The notes under the pieces: generated by a model
What the model was told of the DNA's origin: nothing
The model's input: the letters and a program-made list of their open reading frames with translations, nothing else
Databases searched by the model: none
Shown here: positions 29,603 to 40,030 of the stretch, one piece after another
Layout: each line of letters begins with the position of its first letter
Position numbering within the stretch: the stretch's first letter is position 1
Position numbers and translations under genes: made by a program
DNA from: an uncultured virus (IMG/VR IMGVR_UViG_3300030376_003448)
Lineage: Duplodnaviria > Heunggongvirae > Uroviricota > Caudoviricetes
Direction: 5' to 3' (one strand)
Virus record (IMG/VR): IMGVR_UViG_3300030376_003448
DNA length: 64,000 nt

Positions 29603-32600
29603 ATGGTAAGGACTGTAACACAGAAGTACCAGATATGGCTTGCTGGTTACTACGATGACTTCAATGGGGCTAGGGCTATACCAGATTACAAGAATACACC
29701 GTCAAGCACTAGCACTTACACACACTTAGCTAGTCACTATGGCAACCCGTTAAATGGCGAGGCATTCCTAAACCCCAGATACAGGTGGTCTGTAGAGGAA
29801 AGAGCTATAGACTCCAACAAAGTAGCTGGTAATTCGTCAAGGGTATCTGGCACTAGCCCAGTAAATAATTTTTTAATGAACGATGGTTTGTTTGAGTGGC
29901 TTACCTTTGATGATACAAGACTAGGTAAGGATGACTACGAAGGTAGAATACACTTACAATATCCAGACGGACACGTTGCTAACAGATACAAATTCAACAA
30001 CGACTCAAACTACGGTAGTGACTTCTATCAGAGATTTATCAACGGACATAACAGTGACGCTTCTTACATAGTCCCTGTTGGTGACAATGACGCATCGTTT
30101 GGTAGGTCTGATATGAAAAGATATACTGAGGCTAACTATGAGGATAAGAATGGAGGTATAACATCTACTACTGGTAACTTCGTACAAAGAGCGCACCTTA
30201 CCGGTGTCTGGATGGGTGAGCAGTTAGAACAGGCAGACATAGCCGATACGACTCCCTCTCAGCTTTTCGCAGAGTTGAAGTCACCTTCTGGTCAGCCGTT
30301 TCTTTGTGTACAGACCGTTAGGAAACACATAGACAACGACAGTGCTAGTGTACCAGCTATCATATACGACGGACCACTCAACACCAGACTTGACGGAGAT
30401 ACGTTTACTGCAAGAATAGCAGTACGTGGTTTTATGGCCTCTAATACTATAGCAGTATGGGATGACATGAAGGTAAGGTTTGAGATTGGTTTTCCTCTAT
30501 CACAAGCAGGTATCTTAAATGATGAGGGTTACACCGGTGCGGCGGCTATAGACTTTACACTAGACTTGGCAGACATAAGCTATGATACACAGGGTCTACT
30601 GTACAGTGGTAGTAGCTTACAGAGCTACACCAACGACAACTCTTGGATTGATGTTGATTTTGTCTTTGATTATAGTAACAATAAATTTAAGGCGTACCAC
30701 AACGGCACAGAAATAACAAGCGCAAACGCAACCGCAGGTTCCTACATTAGCGGATATGCGCTATCTGCCACCGCATCTAATCTATACGGCTACCAGATAA
30801 GCATAGAGTCAGATGAAACAGACGGGACCTATGGCTACGTTTCTTATCTGATGTTAGATAGAGCTGGTTTGGTAAGGTATCTTACCGATGACTTTACTTC
30901 TAGTGATGAAGCACTGGTAGATAAACTTAGCGTAAAACAAAGTAACAACGGTATATCTTCCTGTAGTGTGAAACTACATGATGACCCAGCACTAACTGGT
31001 GGTTCTTTAGGTAATGCCGCAACAGACTATCTACTTAACCTACGTGGTCTTTTTGTTTCCTCTACGCCTATAGATTGGAGCCTGTTAGTATTTGCTGACA
31101 CGGATAACAGAATAGATAGGCCGGTATGGAGAGGCACTGTAGATACATTTAGCATCACACAGAAAGCTAGAGGCAGGGAGTTAGATATAACTGCTAAGGA
31201 TTCCTTAGATGCACTCAACAATCAGATACCATTGTGGGACGTAGGGCAGAAGGCGCAGAACGAAACAGGCGATGACACTACTTACTGGTCTTACTCAGCA
31301 CAGGGATTCAGAGATGCTATGTATCTAGGGGCAGGTAAGCTAAAGTTACTAAACAATGATGTAGGGTTTGACGCTGATAATACTTTTTTGGAAACATCAA
31401 CACAAAGAACACAGTTAGGTTCTGGTCATCCTATACAGATGTATAACAATGAGAATACAAACACAGGACCAAACAGTATAGAAGATTTCTATGAGGGTGT
31501 AGGTATAAGAAGCATACAAGAAAATCGTTCTGCTTCAGTTAATAATATAGACATAAGACTAACTTCTGTATTGCATGGTCTTACTGGCGGGGAAACAGTA
31601 AGCATACAAAACTCAAACAACCATGATGATACAAGCGTCACCGTGGTAACGGCAAGTGCTAGTAGTGCTACGATAACTGTATCTGGTTTAACATACTCAC
31701 CAGAATCAGCCGAAATACTATACGCTGGACCTAGAAAAATAGCTAATGGGGCTAGTAGTTATGTAAATGATGATGGTACTGTAAATGATGAAGGTAACAA
31801 TAGTGTCGGTTTCTTAAATTTATTACCACAAGGTACAACCGCATGGGATATTTATAGTGGTTTTAACCCACATGCAAATTTATACACTGGGGAAAATGGT
31901 CCATACTATCTTAATTTTATTTTTAGTGCTGACCCGAATTTGAAAATAGGCGACAAGTTTACGATGAATAAGAGAGATAAATCTCACGCTTTATCGGGTG
32001 CTTCTGCTGGTATAAAAACGGCATATGAACAAATTCATAGAGTAACAAAAATAACTAAATTTAGAAACTACTTTACTGTAGCTAACTATACAGAAGATTC
32101 AGTGTTTTATTTTATAGAAACAGATACTAGGGGCGGAGTACCCGGTTCAGACCATTATGGCGATATATCTGTTGATGGTGGTTTATTAGAACCCACACAA
32201 AGATATGAGTGGACTAAAGAGCAAGGTATTTTATCTGGTGCTTACATTAGTGGGTCTAACCACGTAAAAGCAAAGCATAGAGCTATACACGCAAGATGGA
32301 TGAGGGACTTACCGGAATCTCTTTGGTTCAAGTATCATTACGGTTTGGTAGAAGAAGACCCCGTTAATAACTCATTAGCGCAACAACACCTAAACTCTCA
32401 GACTATTGCTCGCACAACTGGTAGCATACCCAGCACCAGTATCATAGTACCACAAACTACATACGACAATATTCCTAGTAGTGGGGTAGCAGAAATATGG
32501 ACTAACCCCAGTGCTGGAAGCCAAGTCTTCCAAGAGAAGTTTATCTATCAAGGAAAGTCTAATGTTAGTGGTACTTATAGATTATTAGGTTGTAAGTATA

Positions 32601-35600
32601 TTAACAATATTTATACGGTAAGTGGTAATAACTATGTGTTAAAAGTACAGAGTATTAGTAGTGACTACAAACACATTTGGTTGTTATGGTCTGATATGAG
32701 GAACAATGGTCTGGCAAATGCCGATGGGTCTTTTAGAAAGAAAAGCTTTGGTTTGCAGTACCCTCTGTCTGAGAATTATGACTTTGATTTGTTCTACATA
32801 GACCAAGTGGATGCCGAAGGAAACATAGACAAGTTTGCCTCACTAAAAGCTGGTGATGATTTAGATATCTGGAATCTGGATTCTACTGCTGACCCCTGTA
32901 CTGGTGGACCATTCTCCAAACCAGTAGATTACGCAAACTCGGAGTCATGCACTATTGCTTTGGCTAACACCGCTGACCTTAGAGTTTCAGATGTCGCACA
33001 CGGTCTTTCAGTTGGTGACTACATATACATCTTTAATAGTGCGGCGCATGATGGTCACTATCAAATAACTGCTAAAACTAATGATACATTTGATATAGGT
33101 AGTGCATGGACCACTGGTGGTACAGGAGATACTGGTAATAGTGGTGGTATATTCTATGCCCCAATAACAGGCTCTCACAAGGACTTGACAAAGTACCAAG
33201 ACTGGGAGGACAAGGCTGGCTCTTTCTTAGTCGTAGACTCATCGCCTTTCTTTAACCTAAACACACACACTAACGGAGGCAAGACGGGGCAAATAGCTGG
33301 TGGCTCTACCGACCTAAGCGATTATGTTGCTACTAGGCATGGTTTCCCGGCTCTTATAGACAACTACTGGGCAGAGGCCCTACCTTCCTATCAAACTGTA
33401 GATGATGGCTTCAGAGAACACCCTAACCAAGACAAGCTGATATCAGACGCACAGATATCACCAGAGGGTCTGATACAATATGATTGTGGTATCACAGTAG
33501 ATGATGCTACTAAGTACGATGATGCTGGTATAGGTATTATCAAGGTAGTATATGATAGAAACTCAAATGAGAACGATACCACACAATACTTCTTTTCTTG
33601 GAAGAATAAGTTAGAAACTCTATATACCAAAACTGGCAACAACTCTGGTAGTCCGGATGTAACTTGGGAGGGAATAAGTGCCGTTACTCTTTCTCATGGT
33701 AGTGGTACTCATGAGGCTTCTGGTGTTAGGCCGGGTATGATTCTCAAGAGAACAGATGGCACATCGGGTGCTATAACAAGGCACACCGTACTAAGACTAG
33801 GTGACGCAACAAATGTCGGTGAAAGAACCGGTGCTAACACTGATACCACTATCATAGTCAGCAAAAAAGATGGTGATATGGATAATGGCACTACAGTTAC
33901 TTGGGCGATAAACGACACGTATGAGATACCTGTACAACTGGGGCATATACAGATTATAAATGATACTTACAGTGACCTTGCTTCGTTTAAGACATTTACA
34001 TTAGAGGAAAGAGAAAGAGCTATACAGGTTGGTATTGATTCGTCTTACGATGGTACTTGGGCTACAATAGGTAATAGAAATCTATCTTTTACCACAAACG
34101 CTGATTTGGAAACAACACCATCTAGATTTGAGGTACACGCTACTATCACATCTTCTTTTATGCTAAGACTAATGATGCACATAGATGGTTATTATGAGGC
34201 TAAGAATAGTGGTACTTACTTCAACAATGACAAGTTTAGATTCCTATGGAACGCAGCCATCACAGATTCTTGGTTGCCGTCTGCTAAGGTCCCTTGCATC
34301 TTTGACATCAACAATGTCCCAGTGACTTCGATGATGACTACATACAATGACACAAGTAGCAACGATAGCTACGGGTCGGTGGTAGATAGTAGGGGTAAGA
34401 GCTTAGGCAGTCTGATAAAGGACTTAGGTAAGAAAAGTGGGTACGGCACTACAAACTCAATAAAGACTTCCTTCTCTGCTTTAGTGGGTCGTGACAACAG
34501 AATAGAGTTTAGACCTAAATATAACTCCGGTGTATCACTAACTAGAAGCAACAGTATGATATCCAAGATTAGTGCAAAGGTAGCTGGTCAAGTAACAAAC
34601 GTAAGGGTTTACTACAACGACAATCAATCATTCGTTGATTTCCCTGCCACTAATCTAACCGACACTACAAGATGGAAGATATTAGAGCATCCCAAGATAA
34701 GGAGTAGTAGAGAGGCATTGATTGTTGCACAACAACAATACTCTACTTACAGTAACACCGCTCTTAGTATGAATGTCAGTCCTATCATGGAATCTGGTGC
34801 TGAGAATAAGATGATTGAAACTGGTAGGTATGGGTACATCGCAGACCCATACATAGCCCTTCGTGGTACTAACGACAATGTAGCCAACTGCACAAACTGG
34901 ACCTACTTGGGTACTGGTGGTGCTTTGTTCCCCGGTATGGTAAACGGTTTGCATGGTAACATGAGTACAAACGATGCGTCTGCCCGCAACGATGACTCTG
35001 TATCTAGGTATGGTATCAGTCAAGACACAGGTACTGGTGATGTATCATGGGAAACAAACTACTACTGGTATGGTAGTAACTCTATATCCAATGCAGTACA
35101 GATAGTGCATATACCTAACAGTGTGCCGTTTGTAAGCGATAGCAGTAGCGAGCCTCTTAGAATATGGGTTGATTTGAAAAATCAAACAGGAACAAGAATA
35201 GACGAATCAGAATTTACTGTACATATAGCAGATTACAGATTCAACGCCACGGCTACAAAGGACTTACATAGCTCACAGTATAGTAACAACACATCATCCA
35301 AAGACGTAAAACACAGTGGGTACTATGAGATAGATGTGCCTCAGTCGTACTCGTCTTCACAGGGCAAGATAGTTTTTTCTTTCAACGCAGAATATTGTAG
35401 GGCTTTACTCAGACGTAGATGTGGCGACCCATCACAAACGGCACACGGCTCGGCAAACTACATCTTGGATAGTAGTGTAGACAACGGTAGCGGGTCTGTA
35501 AATGCAAACAGTATATTCCCTATAGGTATGAGGCCATACACAGAGATGTACGGTGGTTTCCGCAACACAAGAAAAGAGTGGTACGCACCTAGAATACAGA

Positions 35601-36646
35601 TATGTAGGGACCTGTCGTATGTACCAGCTACCTATGTGTCGGTTACAGATTTGGGTCTTGAGATGAATGCACAAACTATGGTCATAAAGGATATAACTTG
35701 GGGAGCTACTTCAAGTGATGTAGATAACCTTCAACTTGCTTTAGAAAGAGATGAGTCACTTTCGTCACAAAGATTGATGGATTATCTTTTGAATAAAGAT
35801 ACTGATGGGTTACAACAAGGTGGTGGTGGTGGTAATGCGTCTGGCAACCCAATCTACGGTGGTACTGTCTACATACCCCCACATAATTTCCCAACCATAG
35901 ACCTAGACCCAGATGCAGACCAACAAGTAGGTGATGGTTATGAGGATTTTGATGCAGACTCTTTTGAAACTGATGATGGTATGGCTATAGGCAAGATGTC
36001 TAAGAAAAGCTACGGCAACTTAAAGGGTAGAATGAGTTTACCGGGCGATAACCTATCTGGTGGTGCAACATTCTCTGTCTTAGGGCAACAGAAGCCAGCC
36101 GTAATACCGTCCACTATGCGAGGCATAGAGGGTATGGACGTGGATATATCCATTGTCGGTGGTACTGCGTCAAGAACGGCAGACGGTTTTATCTTCGCAG
36201 GTAAGGGTCTACAAGCCGCAGATGAAATAATAGAGTCACAAGAAGTTTCACTTGAAACATCATTCGTTGTGCCAGATGATATCTTGAGTAATAGAATGAG
36301 CATACAGGCTAATATCACACACTCTCCACTATCGGCTTCTGGCAAAAAATGTGCGGTGTTGTTTGTAATAATACATAATGAAAAGGCAGGTGTTACAGTT
36401 AGTAATGAGGTAAAGATATATACAGGTACTAGCAATCAAATTATTGACATACTACCAGAGAAAGCCATATCTGGTCTAAGAAAGTCTGGTAATAGAATAA
36501 TGGTAAGAATAACTAGGAAGCCGGGTACGGGTAGCGATACGGCAGATGCCACAAGTGTTTTACTAAAGAGTCTAAGTGTCAAGATGCAGAGGGCTTCGGC
36601 TAACACCGGGTCTTCAGCAGACAAGTTTTCTGCGAGCAGAACCTAG
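29603..36646 (+). CDS. giant tail tip/baseplate protein
   Basis: 2347 aa beta-rich, directly after tape measure; VWRG.V, ITAKD and VTNVRVYY hub-like segments. Confidence 0.7.
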   Translation: MVRTVTQKYQIWLAGYYDDFNGARAIPDYKNTPSSTSTYTHLASHYGNPLNGEAFLNPRYRWSVEERAIDSNKVAGNSSRVSGTSPVNNFLMNDGLFEWLTFDDTRLGKDDYEGRIHLQYPDGHVANRYKFNNDSNYGSDFYQRFINGHNSDASYIVPVGDNDASFGRSDMKRYTEANYEDKNGGITSTTGNFVQRAHLTGVWMGEQLEQADIADTTPSQLFAELKSPSGQPFLCVQTVRKHIDNDSASVPAIIYDGPLNTRLDGDTFTARIAVRGFMASNTIAVWDDMKVRFEIGFPLSQAGILNDEGYTGAAAIDFTLDLADISYDTQGLLYSGSSLQSYTNDNSWIDVDFVFDYSNNKFKAYHNGTEITSANATAGSYISGYALSATASNLYGYQISIESDETDGTYGYVSYLMLDRAGLVRYLTDDFTSSDEALVDKLSVKQSNNGISSCSVKLHDDPALTGGSLGNAATDYLLNLRGLFVSSTPIDWSLLVFADTDNRIDRPVWRGTVDTFSITQKARGRELDITAKDSLDALNNQIPLWDVGQKAQNETGDDTTYWSYSAQGFRDAMYLGAGKLKLLNNDVGFDADNTFLETSTQRTQLGSGHPIQMYNNENTNTGPNSIEDFYEGVGIRSIQENRSASVNNIDIRLTSVLHGLTGGETVSIQNSNNHDDTSVTVVTASASSATITVSGLTYSPESAEILYAGPRKIANGASSYVNDDGTVNDEGNNSVGFLNLLPQGTTAWDIYSGFNPHANLYTGENGPYYLNFIFSADPNLKIGDKFTMNKRDKSHALSGASAGIKTAYEQIHRVTKITKFRNYFTVANYTEDSVFYFIETDTRGGVPGSDHYGDISVDGGLLEPTQRYEWTKEQGILSGAYISGSNHVKAKHRAIHARWMRDLPESLWFKYHYGLVEEDPVNNSLAQQHLNSQTIARTTGSIPSTSIIVPQTTYDNIPSSGVAEIWTNPSAGSQVFQEKFIYQGKSNVSGTYRLLGCKYINNIYTVSGNNYVLKVQSISSDYKHIWLLWSDMRNNGLANADGSFRKKSFGLQYPLSENYDFDLFYIDQVDAEGNIDKFASLKAGDDLDIWNLDSTADPCTGGPFSKPVDYANSESCTIALANTADLRVSDVAHGLSVGDYIYIFNSAAHDGHYQITAKTNDTFDIGSAWTTGGTGDTGNSGGIFYAPITGSHKDLTKYQDWEDKAGSFLVVDSSPFFNLNTHTNGGKTGQIAGGSTDLSDYVATRHGFPALIDNYWAEALPSYQTVDDGFREHPNQDKLISDAQISPEGLIQYDCGITVDDATKYDDAGIGIIKVVYDRNSNENDTTQYFFSWKNKLETLYTKTGNNSGSPDVTWEGISAVTLSHGSGTHEASGVRPGMILKRTDGTSGAITRHTVLRLGDATNVGERTGANTDTTIIVSKKDGDMDNGTTVTWAINDTYEIPVQLGHIQIINDTYSDLASFKTFTLEERERAIQVGIDSSYDGTWATIGNRNLSFTTNADLETTPSRFEVHATITSSFMLRLMMHIDGYYEAKNSGTYFNNDKFRFLWNAAITDSWLPSAKVPCIFDINNVPVTSMMTTYNDTSSNDSYGSVVDSRGKSLGSLIKDLGKKSGYGTTNSIKTSFSALVGRDNRIEFRPKYNSGVSLTRSNSMISKISAKVAGQVTNVRVYYNDNQSFVDFPATNLTDTTRWKILEHPKIRSSREALIVAQQQYSTYSNTALSMNVSPIMESGAENKMIETGRYGYIADPYIALRGTNDNVANCTNWTYLGTGGALFPGMVNGLHGNMSTNDASARNDDSVSRYGISQDTGTGDVSWETNYYWYGSNSISNAVQIVHIPNSVPFVSDSSSEPLRIWVDLKNQTGTRIDESEFTVHIADYRFNATATKDLHSSQYSNNTSSKDVKHSGYYEIDVPQSYSSSQGKIVFSFNAEYCRALLRRRCGDPSQTAHGSANYILDSSVDNGSGSVNANSIFPIGMRPYTEMYGGFRNTRKEWYAPRIQICRDLSYVPATYVSVTDLGLEMNAQTMVIKDITWGATSSDVDNLQLALERDESLSSQRLMDYLLNKDTDGLQQGGGGGNASGNPIYGGTVYIPPHNFPTIDLDPDADQQVGDGYEDFDADSFETDDGMAIGKMSKKSYGNLKGRMSLPGDNLSGGATFSVLGQQKPAVIPSTMRGIEGMDVDISIVGGTASRTADGFIFAGKGLQAADEIIESQEVSLETSFVVPDDILSNRMSIQANITHSPLSASGKKCAVLFVIIHNEKAGVTVSNEVKIYTGTSNQIIDILPEKAISGLRKSGNRIMVRITRKPGTGSDTADATSVLLKSLSVKMQRASANTGSSADKFSASRT

Positions 36647-37332
36647 TAGTTTTCTCGTAACTTTAATATGTCTTTGGCTCTTTTTCTGCCGATGCCGGGA
36701 ACACTCATGATTTCTTTTTGGGTGGTCCTTGTTCTTAGTATCTTAGGTATGCTACCAAACTTCTCAAGCAGGTCCTTAGCCATATCTGGCGTTATACCAC
36801 GCACAGTAGAGAGGACGGCTATACGTGGGTCTAGTTCTGCATTTTTTACTGACTTGTGTAGGTGCGGTGAGTGCTTGGATAACTGCATACCCTGTTGTGT
36901 GTGATTGACTACCAGCCAGTCTGTAAAGTCATCCATCGTGGTTAGCTCCATATATCTTATTTTTGGGAACCGTTGGTAGAAGGTAGTCTTGAATTGTTGT
37001 ATGACCTTCCTCATTCGTGCCATCTCCATAGCTACCTGTCTAGCATTTGGTCTTCCTCCGGGTATGTAGGGCTTCAACTCTGTCCCATAGACTACTAGCA
37101 TGGGGTTCTCAAACTCCTCCTGTAAGTCCCTTAACTGGGCTACTATCGTGCGTGTGCGTCCGAAGCCCATGATGGACCTGTATAGGTCGTTTATCTCCTT
37201 AGCCTCCACACCCCAACTACCTAGTATATAGTCGGCGGCCTGTAGCCTACATACTTTTACCTTTTCTTTACCCATACGCATGAGTAATTTATTGACGACT
37301 TTGGGATTTTCCCTGTCGTCCACCAGAAGCAT
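36643..37332 (-). CDS. ERCC4/XPF-family structure-specific nuclease with HhH domain
   Basis: VDDRE, ADYIL, VEAKEINDL; C-terminal LLEKFGSI and VPGIGRKRA HhH. Confidence 0.9.
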   Translation of the reverse strand: MLLVDDRENPKVVNKLLMRMGKEKVKVCRLQAADYILGSWGVEAKEINDLYRSIMGFGRTRTIVAQLRDLQEEFENPMLVVYGTELKPYIPGGRPNARQVAMEMARMRKVIQQFKTTFYQRFPKIRYMELTTMDDFTDWLVVNHTQQGMQLSKHSPHLHKSVKNAELDPRIAVLSTVRGITPDMAKDLLEKFGSIPKILRTRTTQKEIMSVPGIGRKRAKDILKLRENY

Positions 37333-37366
37333 GAAACTTCTACACTCTAATACATATTTAAGGAGA

Positions 37367-37522
37367 TTACCAGCCTTGACTATGATATATCTCGTCTTCT
37401 ATAATCATGATGTGTGTTTTACAGGACACACAGTACCTTTCCATAGCCGTGTGCAAAGACCACTCTCCTTGACAACATAGGCATTTATCTAATTCTTCAC
37501 TTGTTACTCCTTGTAGCATCAT
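37367..37522 (-). CDS. 51 aa zinc-finger protein
   Basis: CLCC...CVSC; fills the gap between primase and nuclease. Confidence 0.55.
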   Translation of the reverse strand: MMLQGVTSEELDKCLCCQGEWSLHTAMERYCVSCKTHIMIIEDEIYHSQGW

Positions 37523-37523
37523 T

Positions 37524-38522
37524 TTATTTCCTCCTTACTCCATCGTGCGCCCAACAGGGTCCGGCATCTACACAACATTTGGTAGGTATATGCTCGTAGT
37601 CAATCATACTAGCTACGTGGAATCGTGTGGTACTCTCATTGTAATCTCTCCAATTTAGTTTTGAGATAAACTTAACTATACTCTCTATAGAATCGTTCCT
37701 TTGTTGTGGTGTGAGTGTGGATGGGTGTGCGAACCAACGTAGATTGTCTGCTAGATGTAGAACCAACGCTATCCTAACGTCATGCTTAGGATTCTCATGG
37801 CTCATGGCTTTTTCTAGACAGGGTGGTATCGGTATAAGACCGGCACTTCCTATCTCTCCGTTGAATTCTCCTGTAGAATATACTTCTTCCTTCTTGGGGT
37901 TGTCTGCTATCCACTTTCGTATATTGAAACCACGCTTGGGTGCTTCTCCTCTGAACGGGTCTAGGTGTGATAGCGATTGCTCTGGCCTCTCTGGTATGTT
38001 ATAACCCAAAGGGTCACGCATAAACTCGGTAGTGTCTATATTTACAGACCATCTACCTCTAGCCGGGTTGTATGTGTCTGGCACTCTAGTTAGTTTTTGT
38101 GGGAACCCAACACCATCTAGTGTCTTAAGACCACTAGCCATGTTTCTTTGGTATCTGTCTAGGTGTCTTGATATCATAGTTCCTTTCAATGGAGTGTCAA
38201 AGAATTGATGCACATGGAAACCACGACCAGTGAAGACTGTTCTCACATCACCAGTCAGCTTGGAAACTAAGGAGGCCACGTCCTTTTTTACATCTTCAAG
38301 TGTGCCATCCTCTAACATATCAAAGTCCCACCAAGCCCTATCCATCACTACAGATTCTACGTCCATCTTCCAAGACCTTCTTTCATCCCTTCTCTCAAAG
38401 GAGTATAGAGATGTGTAGCAAGACGCCTTACCATTTACTTTTGTGATATAAGTATCGAAGTCATTTCTACTTTCACATAGAGTGCGTCGAAGACCTATCT
38501 CTCTTGGGAAAGTCAGAGGCAT
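37524..38522 (-). CDS. archaeo-eukaryotic primase, PriS catalytic domain fused to PriL-like C-terminal domain
   Basis: DFD, TGRGFHVH, RVPDTYN; C-terminal IPPCL...H..R..L and Cys cluster. Confidence 0.85.
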   Translation of the reverse strand: MPLTFPREIGLRRTLCESRNDFDTYITKVNGKASCYTSLYSFERRDERRSWKMDVESVVMDRAWWDFDMLEDGTLEDVKKDVASLVSKLTGDVRTVFTGRGFHVHQFFDTPLKGTMISRHLDRYQRNMASGLKTLDGVGFPQKLTRVPDTYNPARGRWSVNIDTTEFMRDPLGYNIPERPEQSLSHLDPFRGEAPKRGFNIRKWIADNPKKEEVYSTGEFNGEIGSAGLIPIPPCLEKAMSHENPKHDVRIALVLHLADNLRWFAHPSTLTPQQRNDSIESIVKFISKLNWRDYNESTTRFHVASMIDYEHIPTKCCVDAGPCWAHDGVRRK

Positions 38523-38526
38523 AATA

Positions 38527-38694
38527 TCACTCCGTCTGCTGACTTCCACATTCACAGGCCCATACAATTAGTTTTTCTGGTAAAGAACCTTCTTGTCCAT
38601 TCACACGCCACACTTCCTCTGAGCCTTCCCATCGGTCACTAGAGCCACAAGCAATACATGTCACAAACACTTTAGACGCACCTGCTCTACTCAT
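38527..38694 (-). CDS. 55 aa zinc-ribbon protein
   Basis: CIACG...CECG; ATGA overlap with upstream gene. Confidence 0.65.
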   Translation of the reverse strand: MSRAGASKVFVTCIACGSSDRWEGSEEVWRVNGQEGSLPEKLIVWACECGSQQTE

Positions 38695-39542
38695 AATCCC
38701 CACTCCGTAATTCCGTTCAATTCAGCCTCACAGTTAAGTGAGAAATCACACCACATAGGGCAGAAATAGTCGTTCCATTTCATAGGCCACTGGTGGGAAG
38801 TCAAAGACTCAATAGTGTCATATAATGATTCCTCAAAGGCATTATAGGAACGCTTGGAAAACGGTTCCAACAAAGCAAACCCACGTTCTGCCCCTAACCA
38901 CATGGTCTTACCCCTCTTGTTACCCTCATTTAGTAGCTTATCTCCACCGTCCTCTGGTATCTCATAGTCCGGGCAGACGTATAGGAAATGTGTTACCTCA
39001 TCATAACCCAACATACCCAATAATCTACTGTAATATACCAATTCCTTTCTTGTTCTGGATAGTTTAGAAGTACCCATGTTACCAGTTTTTAGCTCTACCA
39101 ACACAAGACCCCCTGTTTCTGGGTGTCTGAGTACACCATCAATAAGACCTACCCAAATTATAGGATGACCATTGAATTCTTCATATACTTCGTGCTTTAC
39201 TTCTGCCTCTACTACGTCAAAACCACCTATATCGTAGGCTATTTGGTGTAACATTAGGTTGAGAGAATCAACACCCTCGTCTTCCTCTACTCCCTGCTCT
39301 ATAGCGGTAGGTATTATTTGGTCTGGTCCTTGTAACAAACCGGCTTCCATGACGTTGTGTATCTGAGTACCACGTATCATCTGCTCTGTAGCAGGTGGTC
39401 TTGGTATATCAGCGATGTAACGCCAGTAAAACTGTCTGGGACACATTATGTAACCCATCAAAGATGACTTACTAATCCTATATACTTCCGCACCTATGGG
39501 GTTGTAGGACGATAAAGAAATCTGCTCTGGTGTCGCTCTCAT
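38691..39542 (-). CDS. Cas4-like PD-(D/E)XK exonuclease
   Basis: SKSSL..Y..CPRQF, RGTQIH, GLIDG, ELKTG, C-terminal C...C....C Fe-S ligands. Confidence 0.85.
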   Translation of the reverse strand: MRATPEQISLSSYNPIGAEVYRISKSSLMGYIMCPRQFYWRYIADIPRPPATEQMIRGTQIHNVMEAGLLQGPDQIIPTAIEQGVEEDEGVDSLNLMLHQIAYDIGGFDVVEAEVKHEVYEEFNGHPIIWVGLIDGVLRHPETGGLVLVELKTGNMGTSKLSRTRKELVYYSRLLGMLGYDEVTHFLYVCPDYEIPEDGGDKLLNEGNKRGKTMWLGAERGFALLEPFSKRSYNAFEESLYDTIESLTSHQWPMKWNDYFCPMWCDFSLNCEAELNGITEWGL

Positions 39543-39546
39543 ATTC

Positions 39547-39702
39547 TCACTCCTTAGTCCCTGTAGTGTACTCTACCTCTGCATCACACCCGGAGCATGT
39601 AAGGTATGTCACCATACCTTCACCTTCACCGAATACTTCTTCCTTAGTGAAGTCACTTTGCCAAATCAGTTTGCCACCACACCACCAACAGATGTCATTC
39701 AT
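39547..39702 (-). CDS. 51 aa zinc-ribbon protein
   Basis: CWWCGG...CSGC; ATGA overlap. Confidence 0.65.
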   Translation of the reverse strand: MNDICWWCGGKLIWQSDFTKEEVFGEGEGMVTYLTCSGCDAEVEYTTGTKE

Positions 39703-39995
39703 TCTTCTTCCCCAGAAATACCATCATCCCAATTCTCAAATGTGGTTTGTTCTGTTCCGAATATATTCTCACCACAATGAGGACACATATCACTCTTTTC
39801 TATACCCTTCATGTCGGGTCTTAGTAGGTCCTCTTTACAGTTAGCACATATTATTCTCTCTATCTTTCCTTCTTCTTCCAAATGGGTATAAACTAAAGTC
39901 TGTAATCTCATTAGGTCGCCCCCCATCAATTGTAGTATTCTAGTTACCTCAGTAGCTAACGCCTTAACATCATCTTTAGTTGCCTTCTGACTCAT
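39699..39995 (-). CDS. zinc-ribbon protein
   Basis: CANC...CPHCG; start MSQKAT 30 nt after TTTATAA. Confidence 0.65.
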   Translation of the reverse strand: MSQKATKDDVKALATEVTRILQLMGGDLMRLQTLVYTHLEEEGKIERIICANCKEDLLRPDMKGIEKSDMCPHCGENIFGTEQTTFENWDDGISGEEE

Positions 39996-40030
39996 ATATT
40001 TCTCACCCCTAATCACGGTTATAAACAATT

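Noticed and set aside
14637..36646. Diversity-generating retroelement acting on fibre or tail genes
   Set aside because: No reverse transcriptase and no template/variable repeat pair differing at adenines was seen.
38691..39542. Cas4 as part of a CRISPR-Cas system
   Set aside because: Stand-alone Cas4-like nuclease in a replication operon, common in archaeal viruses; no cas1/cas2 or array.
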